64,000 bases of DNA from Patescibacteria group bacterium (lineage in GTDB: Bacteria; Patescibacteriota; UBA1384; 2-12-FULL-50-11): assembly GCA_016861245.1 (NCBI GenBank), contig BOKZ01000001.1, positions 13,107 through 77,106 on the forward strand, given 5' to 3'. A program made the translations under genes and the position numbers. The notes below the pieces were generated by a model. That model was not told where the DNA came from, ran no database searches, and saw nothing but the letters and a program-made list of their open reading frames with translations. Below, piece by piece: positions 19,746-31,507 of this stretch (position 1 is its first letter; every line of letters begins with the position of its first letter).

Positions 19746-20177
19746 TCAGATCTCCCATTCTGTGAGTTTTTCGGCGTTATCGGACGCGTTCGCTTCAGCA
19801 TCCTTGCTGTAACGCGCCCAGCCTTGTTTGTCCCAGATCTCGACACGATTCAAGACACCAGTCATTACAACGGCGTCTTTCAGTCCAGCGTATTCCCGAA
19901 GATACCCGGGTAGTAACGCTCGTCCCTGCTTGTCGATCTCCACCTCCATCGCTCCCGATAGCATTAAACGACTAAATGCTCGAGCGCTGGAACTGGAGAC
20001 CGGCAAATTTGCTAATTTATCGGTCATCTTAATCCACTCTTCCTTCGGATAAACAAACAGACACGGATCCAGACCCTTGGTAATAATCGCCGAAGAGCCC
20101 AGTTCCGCGCGGAATTTCACCGGCACAGCAATCCGACCTTTTTGGTCCAAATTGTGATGATATTCGCCGATGAACAT
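19746..20177 (-). CDS. mraZ: Transcriptional regulator MraZ
   Basis: MFIGEYHHNLDQKGRIAVPVKFR N-terminus and duplicated MraZ domains. First gene of the dcw cluster. Confidence 0.9.
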   Translation of the reverse strand: MFIGEYHHNLDQKGRIAVPVKFRAELGSSAIITKGLDPCLFVYPKEEWIKMTDKLANLPVSSSSARAFSRLMLSGAMEVEIDKQGRALLPGYLREYAGLKDAVVMTGVLNRVEIWDKQGWARYSKDAEANASDNAEKLTEWEI

Positions 20178-20232
20178 TCTGTTTCTGTTTGTTTATGAAA
20201 GTAAGTTGTGTATTCATGTTGCCGTGAAGTTT

Positions 20233-20280
20233 CCACAGGGGTTTTCCACTTTTCCCCACTTTTCTCCACTTTTCTCCACG
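20233..20280 (-). promoter_or_regulatory. Putative MraZ operator / Pmra region: four 10-bp-phased GTGG(A/G)GAAAA direct repeats
   Basis: CCAC (GTGG on the coding strand) recurs at 20246, 20256, 20266 and 20276 with exact 10-bp spacing, plus one more at 20233. It lies 60-100 bp upstream of the mraZ start. MraZ proteins are known to bind phased GTG-containing direct repeats in their own promoter. Confidence 0.55.
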
Positions 20281-20386
20281 GACTGGAATTACACTACGGC
20301 TAGCCAGGAGCGTTGTCAAGCCCCACTAAAATCTGTCGATAAAGACCGAAAAATATGGGATAATATACAGGTATGGAGGACCTCGT

Positions 20387-20611
20387 ATGACAATGGAGTC
20401 TGCGGGCGCTAGCATCGTTGCTGGCCTCGAAAGAATCGAATCGCTAGTACGTCACATCATCCAGAGCCACGACGACGCTGACTTCTCGCAAGCTAGCGGT
20501 GAGCTGCGAGCTGAACTTGCAGCCATTCCGGCGCACCAGAGAAAATTCATCGTCGCGCTCGCCGTCGGCTCCAACCAAACCACTGCGCTTCTCCAACGGA
20601 TGGCGCTCTAA
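20387..20611 (+). CDS. Small hypothetical protein (74 aa), divergent from mraZ
   Basis: GGAGGACCTCGTATG Shine-Dalgarno plus ATG, predicted helical product, followed by a GC-stem terminator. Confidence 0.5.
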   Translation: MTMESAGASIVAGLERIESLVRHIIQSHDDADFSQASGELRAELAAIPAHQRKFIVALAVGSNQTTALLQRMAL

Positions 20612-20617
20612 CGACCC

Positions 20618-20642
20618 GCGCGGCACTGCCGCGCATTTTTTT
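20618..20642 (+). terminator. Rho-independent terminator
   Basis: GCGCGGC-ACT-GCCGCGC hairpin followed by ATTTTTTT. Confidence 0.6.
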
Positions 20643-20684
20643 AAATAACCCCCTTTCAGGGATTGCCGTAAACCAACCGAGATA

Positions 20685-21995
20685 TTACAACGATTCGAGC
20701 GCTATTCGCTCTTGTTCCATTGTGTCGCGGTGACGGACGGTAACGGTGTTTTTATTGTCGCCGACTTCAACTGTTTCAAAGTCCACCGTGTAGCAAAACG
20801 GCGTTCCGATCTCGTCTTGTCGACGGTAGCGACGGCCGATTGATCCCGATTCGTCGTAAAAAACATTCTTACCCTGACTGCGCAGTTTCTGTACTAACTC
20901 TTTAGCAACCTTTACGAGCGGTTCTTTTTTAACTAACGGTAAAACCGCCGCGTCGTAAGCGGCCAACTTAGGAGTAATTGATAGTAACGTCTCCGCCTCA
21001 CCATCAGCCTTGCGACCTTTCTCAAAGTGCTGCCACGAATCGAGTAAGATCGCTAACAACGCTCGATCAACACCGCCTGCCGGCTCGATCACCCATGGAA
21101 TAAATTTTGTTTTTGTTTCTTCGTCAAACACCGACATGTCTTTGCCGGAGTGTTTTTGATGAGCAGCTAAATCAAAGTCGCCGCGATTAGCGATACCTTC
21201 GAGCTCGCCCCACCCCCATGGAAATTTGTACTCGATATCGGTGGTTCCTTTTGAATAATGAGCTAAATCAGCCTTTGGATGTTTATAGAGACGCAGATTC
21301 TCTCTCTTAACACCTAAACTAACGTACCACTCCAATCGAGCGTCGATCCATTTTTGGTACCACTTGTCCGCCTCGTCCGGCTTAACAAAAAATTCCATCT
21401 CCATTTGCTCGAACTCACGTGTTCGATAGGTGAAGTTACCCGGGGTTATTTCGTTGCGGAAGCTCTTACCGATTTGAGCGATACCGAACGGAATTTTTTG
21501 GCGTGAGACTTCGTAAATCTGTTTAAAATTAACAAAAATTCCTTGGCACGTCTCGCCGCGCAGATACGCCACCGATTGCGAATCTTCGACTGGACCGATA
21601 AACGTTTTAAAAAGTAGGTTGAAACTTTTCGGTTCGCTGAGCGGATTACCATCAGGGCTTTTTGTCTGATCTTTAAGCTGATCAAGACGGTAGCGCTTTT
21701 GGGTAACAAGGTCTTCAACAAGCGGATCGGTAAAACTATCGGTGTGTCCTGATGCTTCCCAAACTTTTGGATTTAAAATAATAGCTGAGTCGAGTCCAAC
21801 GATATCGTCGCGCTCCTGCACCATCGTCTTCCACCACGCCGCTTTGAGCCGGTTTTTCATCTCCACTCCAACCGGACCGTAATCGTAGCTAGAACCTAAT
21901 CCGCCGTATATCTCGCTGGATTGCCAAATAACTCCTCGGCGTTTCGCCCAAGCAACAAATTCCTCCATGGATTTAACCGCCGATTTGTCTGACAT
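20685..21995 (-). CDS. glyQS: Glycyl-tRNA synthetase (alpha2 type)
   Basis: EIYGGLGSSYDYGPVGVEMKNRL N-terminal signature, class II aaRS core, anticodon-binding C-terminus. Confidence 0.9.
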   Translation of the reverse strand: MSDKSAVKSMEEFVAWAKRRGVIWQSSEIYGGLGSSYDYGPVGVEMKNRLKAAWWKTMVQERDDIVGLDSAIILNPKVWEASGHTDSFTDPLVEDLVTQKRYRLDQLKDQTKSPDGNPLSEPKSFNLLFKTFIGPVEDSQSVAYLRGETCQGIFVNFKQIYEVSRQKIPFGIAQIGKSFRNEITPGNFTYRTREFEQMEMEFFVKPDEADKWYQKWIDARLEWYVSLGVKRENLRLYKHPKADLAHYSKGTTDIEYKFPWGWGELEGIANRGDFDLAAHQKHSGKDMSVFDEETKTKFIPWVIEPAGGVDRALLAILLDSWQHFEKGRKADGEAETLLSITPKLAAYDAAVLPLVKKEPLVKVAKELVQKLRSQGKNVFYDESGSIGRRYRRQDEIGTPFCYTVDFETVEVGDNKNTVTVRHRDTMEQERIALESL

Positions 21996-22041
21996 ACTCT
22001 GTTACATGATACAGCTCAAAGAGTCTGTATCAAAGCCCTAC

Positions 22042-23067
22042 TTAACGATAGAAATCGAATACTGTCGAGAGACTGCTCTCGAGCGGTCCGAGTAAACTCG
22101 AATAATTCATGCCAATATACATAAACGCGGATAAGAGCAGAAATACAAAACCAATCAAAGTAATCGCGCTCTTGGCTTTACCAAATATCGCCATTACCGT
22201 TCCGAGTAGTAATGTGGCAGCAGTTGTTAACCAACCGACCGAGCGAATTACCTGGTATAGATCTTCGCCGATCATTTCTCTAAAGAGCGGCGTGCTAGCT
22301 AAGATTACGAATAAAATTGTGCCTAGAATAACCAACACTTCACCAATTACTGCTACGGCAGACGGATGCGGCGCTTGCTCTTGGACAGCCGGATCCATCG
22401 GCGGGCGCGGCTTGCCAATTGAGCTGTAGATATCCGTTACTGGACTAGCGGGCGTGGGCGTCGACGGAATTGGTGTTGGTGTAAATGCGGCTGGTTCAAC
22501 CTTTGGTGCGGGTTTTTCTTCTGGTTTTGTTATTTCTGTTCCTTTCTGGATCTCTGGCTCGGCTGGTTTATCTGGAGTAGGTGTTGGTTGAGTCTGCTCG
22601 TTAGACGCTGCGCTTGAACCGCTAGTTAGTCGCTCAATTTTTGCTTCCAGTGCCTGAATCTCGCCCGTCAGTGACTCGATCTGTTCCTGTAGACGCTCTG
22701 TATCTGGTGTAGCTGTCTGTACGTCTTCTGGCTTGAGCACTACTGGTTCGCTCGAAGACCCGGCAGGAGTCTCGGGCGTGGATACTGCGGATAGATCTGG
22801 TTTAACGCTCTCTTCGACTGTCGGCGCATCAACTTGTTCGGCTGGTTTATTAATGGAAATATTGCCGTCGTTTGCCGTTGTCGTCTCAAGCGTTGCAGGA
22901 TCAGCTTCTGGCTTTTGATCGGTTTTAACTTCAACCGATACTGCGTCTGTTTTATCTGTTTGATTAGCCTCTTTCGGTGAGACTGTTTTGTCGTTGATTG
23001 CTTCTGCTGGTGTTTTTGTATCGTCTGCCATTTTATTCAGTGTAACAAAAAGTCTAATCTCACCCAA
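22042..23067 (-). CDS. Hypothetical membrane protein with Pro/Thr/Glu-rich region and coiled coil
   Basis: Low-complexity PT-rich segment, coiled coil (QEQIESLTGEIQALEAKIERL), three C-terminal TM helices. Confidence 0.45.
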   Translation of the reverse strand: MGEIRLFVTLNKMADDTKTPAEAINDKTVSPKEANQTDKTDAVSVEVKTDQKPEADPATLETTTANDGNISINKPAEQVDAPTVEESVKPDLSAVSTPETPAGSSSEPVVLKPEDVQTATPDTERLQEQIESLTGEIQALEAKIERLTSGSSAASNEQTQPTPTPDKPAEPEIQKGTEITKPEEKPAPKVEPAAFTPTPIPSTPTPASPVTDIYSSIGKPRPPMDPAVQEQAPHPSAVAVIGEVLVILGTILFVILASTPLFREMIGEDLYQVIRSVGWLTTAATLLLGTVMAIFGKAKSAITLIGFVFLLLSAFMYIGMNYSSLLGPLESSLSTVFDFYR

Positions 23068-23092
23068 AATATCGCTTTAATATCGCGATTCA

Positions 23093-24187
23093 TTACCCAT
23101 AATAGCGCTTCGGCAGTGCCGTACCCAACCGAGTAATGATCTCATGATGTCGTAACGCACAGCGCTTAGCGATATCGGTAATTTTAATTGTTTTAGTTTC
23201 ACCGGCGCTGTTTTTCTGTGAGCCGATAATTACGACTTCGTCGCCGCGTTTTGCCGTAATGCCAGTAACATCGGCGATTATCATATTCATGCAAATCTGC
23301 CCGATCACCGGTACCTCGCTGCCCTGAATTAAAACCGTCAGTTTATCGCGCATCACTTGAGACAAGCCGTCTGCGTACCCGATCGCTATCACCGCAATTT
23401 TTGTGTCGCGTTTCGTCTTATATAGATGGCCGTAACTTACGCCTTCACCAGCTGCCACATCTTTAACTTGCATCACCACCGACTTACAAGTAAACGAACT
23501 TTCTAAACCAGGCAGAACTTCGTCGATACCGTACAACGCTAAGCCGATCCGAACGGCATCTAAATAGCCTTGCGGGAAGTTTGTCAGCGCGTAACTGCTA
23601 TCGAAGTGAATTGGCAGAAGCGGGATCTTGCCTTCGATATCGATCAAGATATCTTGAATAACCCGCAGTTGCTGCTCGTTCTTCTCGGCGCTTGATGCGT
23701 CCGCCAAATGCGAAAAAAGCGCCTCGACCCGGATGTTCGGATAACGTCGCTGGCCAAGAAGAAAATCGACGGTTTGTTCAGCGCTAAAACCCAGCCGGTT
23801 TAAACCAGTCTCCACTTTTAAGTGAACTGAGATTGTTTTTCCAAGACGTTCCGCTGCGCGCTGGTAGAGCGCAATCTGTTCAACGTCGTATAAACTAACT
23901 CGGTAACCTTCCTCGATTGCGTCGATTAATTCTTTCGTATCGAGGTAACCCAAAATTAAGATCGGCTTTTTCGAAACTCGACGGACGCGATCGGCTTCTT
24001 CAATGGATATCACTGCAAACATCTCAACATCTTTTTTATCGAGCGTCTCGACCACTTTTTCTAACCCGTGACCGTATGCGTTGCTTTTTACCACAGCGAT
24101 CACTCCAACGGTTTTGCCGATCTTCTGCTTAACACGATCAACATTTCGGCTAATCGCGCCTAAATCAACTTCAATCCACGCCTGCAT
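23093..24187 (-). CDS. alr: Alanine racemase
   Basis: PLP-binding motif AVVKSNAYGHG, TIM barrel plus C-terminal beta domain. Confidence 0.9.
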   Translation of the reverse strand: MQAWIEVDLGAISRNVDRVKQKIGKTVGVIAVVKSNAYGHGLEKVVETLDKKDVEMFAVISIEEADRVRRVSKKPILILGYLDTKELIDAIEEGYRVSLYDVEQIALYQRAAERLGKTISVHLKVETGLNRLGFSAEQTVDFLLGQRRYPNIRVEALFSHLADASSAEKNEQQLRVIQDILIDIEGKIPLLPIHFDSSYALTNFPQGYLDAVRIGLALYGIDEVLPGLESSFTCKSVVMQVKDVAAGEGVSYGHLYKTKRDTKIAVIAIGYADGLSQVMRDKLTVLIQGSEVPVIGQICMNMIIADVTGITAKRGDEVVIIGSQKNSAGETKTIKITDIAKRCALRHHEIITRLGTALPKRYYG

Positions 24188-24915
24188 TAGCTTTGATTAC
24201 CGAGTCCGCGGTAGCTTGTCCAGGGACGATTAAACCATTCCGTAATTTCTCTTAACAGCACTTCTTCAACTTCGCTTGCGACTTGCTGGTTCAACTTTGC
24301 TCGCTGAACAACCACGTACTGCTGCTTTGAAAGTAGAAACAGCACCTTGATAGCCTGGACACTCAGCTGCCGCCCAATCTTTGCCGGGCAACTCGTGCAG
24401 GTGAAACCTCGCTCTAGCTGATCCCAATAGGCCGTGTCAGTAATTTTCTTGCCACAGATTCGACACGTAAAATCGCCTAACTGTAAACCCAGCTGCTTCG
24501 TAACCTCACCGAGGTAACGAAGCCAAACGTTTGGCCACGCCACACCTTCGTCGATTCGCGATAACGCATCAACAGTAATACGAAACATCGTTTGCTGCGG
24601 CACATCTTCGAGGATGACGCGCTCGGTAATCTTAGAAATTGCGTACGCCTGCTCAACTAGCGGCAACGAGGCGCGAAGCGACTCAAACGACTCGACTAGT
24701 ACCGCGCTTGTTACCTTCGGCAGCTCGTTCTCGTCGGTTAGTATTAACTGGGAAATCATAAACGTATCGAGATGGCCCGATAGTTTCGAGAGTGGCTTTC
24801 TAACAGCTCGAGCTACTACTCGTTTTTTCCCCAAGCTCGGGCTGAGGATCGTAATAATTCGATCGGTTTCACCGATGCTCTGTTTTTTTAAAATTAGGCC
24901 GAGCGTCTTAATCAT
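24187..24915 (-). CDS. recO: DNA repair protein RecO
   Basis: N-terminal OB fold (MIKTLGLILKKQSIGETDRIITIL), C-terminal Cys4 zinc motif CRICGKK..CTSC. Confidence 0.75.
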   Translation of the reverse strand: MIKTLGLILKKQSIGETDRIITILSPSLGKKRVVARAVRKPLSKLSGHLDTFMISQLILTDENELPKVTSAVLVESFESLRASLPLVEQAYAISKITERVILEDVPQQTMFRITVDALSRIDEGVAWPNVWLRYLGEVTKQLGLQLGDFTCRICGKKITDTAYWDQLERGFTCTSCPAKIGRQLSVQAIKVLFLLSKQQYVVVQRAKLNQQVASEVEEVLLREITEWFNRPWTSYRGLGNQS

Positions 24916-24956
24916 TACTTGCTAGAATTCATAGTTACTTTAGTATTTTACTTATA

Positions 24957-25607
24957 ATGCGTCGCGCTGGATATTCGTTGATAGAACTTTTAGTCGTCAT
25001 CGCTATATTAGGCATATTAGCCGGAATTGGAACATACACCTTCGGCGCTGCTGGCGCCAAATCGCGAGACAACACCCGCAAAACCGATCTCGCCCGGATC
25101 AGCAACGCACTGCAACAATACTACGTCGATAACCGACAGTATCCGAATTTCGATTATGTCTACGGCGGCAGTGCCGGCACCAGGATGTACAGCGCTGTTT
25201 GGCAACTTAGCGCGAGCGCTCAGGCCGGTTCGTGCCAGCACACCAATTCTGATTTAGCCCGACGTCTAACGCCGACATACCTCGAGAAAATACCAGAGGA
25301 CATGCGCCAATCCGTCAACTTTCGAACCCATCCTTGTGACGTTGAATTTCTCGAAAGCCAAACTGATCGCTATTACTACTTAAGCGGCCCGTCTGAGACA
25401 ACGGGGCCGAAACGGCCAGCGACTGCCTTTGCATTGATGGCACACCTCGAGCGTCCGACTACAGCCGATCAAATCTTACCCCAAGACAATCCGCTCGTTA
25501 TCGGTAACCGAACATTTCTTGGTGCGTACTACACTGCTGTCGACAACTACGGCGGCGATATCGCCGCAGACGTTAATTACTTAGTTACTGGCCGACTTGG
25601 TCGATAG
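24957..25607 (+). CDS. Type IV pilin-like / pseudopilin protein
   Basis: MRRAGYSLIELLVVIAILGILAGIG prepilin N-terminus (G-Y-S-L-I-E plus hydrophobic helix). Confidence 0.7.
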   Translation: MRRAGYSLIELLVVIAILGILAGIGTYTFGAAGAKSRDNTRKTDLARISNALQQYYVDNRQYPNFDYVYGGSAGTRMYSAVWQLSASAQAGSCQHTNSDLARRLTPTYLEKIPEDMRQSVNFRTHPCDVEFLESQTDRYYYLSGPSETTGPKRPATAFALMAHLERPTTADQILPQDNPLVIGNRTFLGAYYTAVDNYGGDIAADVNYLVTGRLGR

Positions 25608-25649
25608 CTACTCTGCGCTAGCAGAGATACTCATTACGTTCGTTTAGTG

Positions 25650-25856
25650 CTACTCCGCTGACGCACTAATAAACAAAAAGGCGCTAACAACGAGCGCGCC
25701 GACACCGCTCCAGATTAAAAATTTACTAACGTCAAAACCCGCTTCCGCGACGCCACCAGCTTTAAGGTCGGTACCACCTACAAACGAAGTAATCATCAGA
25801 AATCCCCCTAGTACCATAAACACGGTAGCGCTAATTACCCGTGTACGTTTGTTCAT
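25650..25856 (-). CDS. Small membrane protein (68 aa)
   Basis: Two predicted TM helices. No recognisable family. Confidence 0.35.
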   Translation of the reverse strand: MNKRTRVISATVFMVLGGFLMITSFVGGTDLKAGGVAEAGFDVSKFLIWSGVGALVVSAFLFISASAE

Positions 25857-25888
25857 ACAATGAATATCTCAAAATTGCCTCAAACAAA

Positions 25889-25914
25889 AAAGACCCATGG
25901 GGGTCTTTTTTTAT
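25889..25914 (-). terminator. Rho-independent terminator downstream of 5S rRNA
   Basis: AGACCCATGGGGGTCT palindrome flanked by A-run and T-run. On the minus strand it sits right after the 5S 3' end. Confidence 0.65.
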
Positions 25915-25928
25915 TTAAACTCTTTATC

Positions 25929-26045
25929 TTGGCGTCGGCCTACTTTCCCGAGGGCTGTTAGCCCTGAGTATCATCGGCGCTGGCAGGCTTAACTTCTCTG
26001 TTCGAAATGGGAAGAGGTGTACCCCTGTCGCTCGAGACACCAAGA
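25929..26045 (-). rRNA. rrf: 5S ribosomal RNA
   Basis: The reverse complement reads CTTGGTGTC...CACCTCTTCCCATTTCGAACAGAGAAGTTAAGCCTGCCAGCGCCGATGATACTCAGGG...GACGCCAAG, which matches the 5S consensus helices. Confidence 0.75.
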
Positions 26046-26130
26046 TAAAAAGTTCAAACGCTTAACTTCAATTACAAATCTGATTATAACGTGCTCGGAT
26101 AGAGTGGCGAGCGAGCTCGCCGAGGTAGGT

Positions 26131-26373
26131 CTAGTAGCGCTGAGGGGTGATCGAACCCTCGGCAATACATTTCTCCGATGAGAACAGTCGCTTACAGCGA
26201 TAGACCTTGTACTGACCATCGGTGAGTGAGTGTGCAGAGATTAATGCGTCAACATGACCGCCGGCGAGTTTGATCGCATCGGCATCGTTTTTCGCGTCGA
26301 ATTCCGGGCTGTTCACCCGCTTGGATTTGTGTTGGTTGTCTGATGCTGAGCATTTCACGATATACTTCGCCAT
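26131..26373 (-). CDS. Hypothetical 80-aa protein encoded in the 23S-5S spacer
   Basis: ATG preceded by GGAGGTGAGCA. Same strand as the rRNAs. No recognisable family. Confidence 0.45.
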   Translation of the reverse strand: MAKYIVKCSASDNQHKSKRVNSPEFDAKNDADAIKLAGGHVDALISAHSLTDGQYKVYRCKRLFSSEKCIAEGSITPQRY

Positions 26374-26489
26374 TGCTCACCTCCATCCGAGAACGTTATA
26401 TTGTTGTGGTTTCCAAACCAAAGTCGAAGACAATTCAGGCGACGTTCCTTCTTTCCTGCGTAGAAATTACGCGCAGAAAAGAAGTAGTA

Positions 26490-29775
<3,286 letters not shown>

Positions 29776-30038
29776 TTGCTTCAAATATGATTAAGGAACC
29801 ATATTTGAAGTTGTGCTGTCGTCGAATTGTCTTCGACTTCAGCTTGGAAACCTAGTTGTTAAGCATTCATCAGAGGTAAGAAAAAACCGCTTTGGCGAGC
29901 GGCTTCTAAGGTGACCCCAAAATAGTGGTCTCTTATAAACCGACGCCTCCTTGTGTTTTTCCTAACATGTACCTGGTGATTGTCCCATATTTGCGCATAT
30001 TGCGTCAAGACTCTGCCTGAGCGCTTGAAGAGCAATAA

Positions 30039-30476
30039 TTATGATGCGCCAGTTGAGCCGAAACCGCCGCGAGATTCGGGTGCGAGCTCGTCTTTTGAGA
30101 CTTCTTTCCAGACCACTCGCGGTACCTCTACAAAGAATCCTTGCGCTATTCTTTGTCCTTGTTCAATTTCAATCGGTTTCTCGGTTCGGTTTTGAACTTG
30201 AATTAAGATCTCGTCCTCGGGTCCGCAATAGGTTGGGTCGATAATCCCAAACGAGTGCGGCATGCTAATGCCGTATTTTGGAGCGCTCGAACGCGGGGCG
30301 ATCCCTAACATATAACCTGGCGGGACATGAACAATTAATCCAGAGGGAATTTTTGCTACTTCGTTTGGCTGAATGGTCGTCGCAACCGCTGCCTGTAAGT
30401 CAAAACAAGCTGCTGATTCGGGCACATATTTTGGCATATCTATACCATCACGGATTCGGGCAATTTTTATTTCCAT
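30039..30476 (-). CDS. dut: dUTP diphosphatase
   Basis: Motifs GIIDPTYCGPE and RGGFGSTG. Start taken at the internal Met MEIKIARI. The track ORF extends to 30560 with an implausible 28-aa extension. Confidence 0.75.
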   Translation of the reverse strand: MEIKIARIRDGIDMPKYVPESAACFDLQAAVATTIQPNEVAKIPSGLIVHVPPGYMLGIAPRSSAPKYGISMPHSFGIIDPTYCGPEDEILIQVQNRTEKPIEIEQGQRIAQGFFVEVPRVVWKEVSKDELAPESRGGFGSTGAS

Positions 30477-30554
30477 CGTTCTATATAGAAGTATTTGCTC
30501 GTTTTGTTCAAGAATGCTTGAATAGAGCAACGCCCTATTGGGCGAGGTGACAGT

Positions 30555-31379
30555 ATGCACTTCTCAGTATTAGCAACAACCGCGCGCTTTGCGCTCCTTC
30601 TCCTTCTATGCGGATGCGCCACTCCAAAGACCAGTTCGGCGTCGTCTGACGAGGCGCTGATCAAGCAGTTGGTCGCCTTTAGTCCGATCAACGGACACTG
30701 GGTTACTAACGGCTTTGCCGGGCAGTTCGACGATCTGCGATTCGTGCAGGAGTCTGAACGTGAAAACGGCAAGATCGTGTATCGGTTAGACGGCCGCGGG
30801 GCGCTTTGGACAAAAGACGGCTTAAAACCGTTCGCACTCAGCGGAAGATCGGTCGGGTCCACGCTCCAACCGGTTCTAAAGTTCGCCGACGGCGAGATTA
30901 TTGCGACCGGCGAAGTTGTTCGAGACGACAGCGGCTGGCCAGCTTGCACGATGGTGTTCGTCCACGGTTCGAGGCAGTATCAAGCAAGTCTCGACTGTGT
31001 CGGGGATCGCGCTACCGCCAAGGAGAAATTTTTGGCTCAACTGTCGTTTATTGCTGCCTGGAAAGGTAAGTACGTATTAACAGGCACCGATCACCCGATC
31101 GAGTTCACGATCAGCGACAAGTATCGGATTCTTGGCACCTACGACGACGGGGATTGGCGCAAAGGCAAAGTTCACGGTAACGCCAGTAAAGACGGGAAAT
31201 TCAAATTCCTGCTCAAGTACGGTAGCAATCCGTCGTTTGCCCAAATCCTTGGCACGTTCACATTGAGCGCCGATGGCAAAGAACTTCGCTCAGACGACGC
31301 TCGCTACGAGTACAACACCACCGACCCCGACGAAAAGCGGCCGCAGAAAACGACTGTTCTCATGACTCGGATCAACTAA
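30555..31379 (+). CDS. Hypothetical lipoprotein/secreted protein
   Basis: Signal peptide with a Cys-containing lipobox-like LLLLCGCA. GC about 58% against a local background of about 50%. Confidence 0.5.
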   Translation: MHFSVLATTARFALLLLLCGCATPKTSSASSDEALIKQLVAFSPINGHWVTNGFAGQFDDLRFVQESERENGKIVYRLDGRGALWTKDGLKPFALSGRSVGSTLQPVLKFADGEIIATGEVVRDDSGWPACTMVFVHGSRQYQASLDCVGDRATAKEKFLAQLSFIAAWKGKYVLTGTDHPIEFTISDKYRILGTYDDGDWRKGKVHGNASKDGKFKFLLKYGSNPSFAQILGTFTLSADGKELRSDDARYEYNTTDPDEKRPQKTTVLMTRIN

Positions 31380-31400
31380 CCCCTTCGGGGGTATTTTTTT
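31379..31400 (+). terminator. Rho-independent terminator
   Basis: CCCCTTCGGGGG hairpin followed by TATTTTTTT. Confidence 0.65.
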
Positions 31401-31507
31401 ACCTTAAAATAACGCCTCAACCTATTGATTTTCTGTTGCGGTTAAGGTATTATTCCCCGCGACTCAAAAAGAGTTGACCCGACTCGTCGGGAGGATCGAA
31501 CCTGAAC

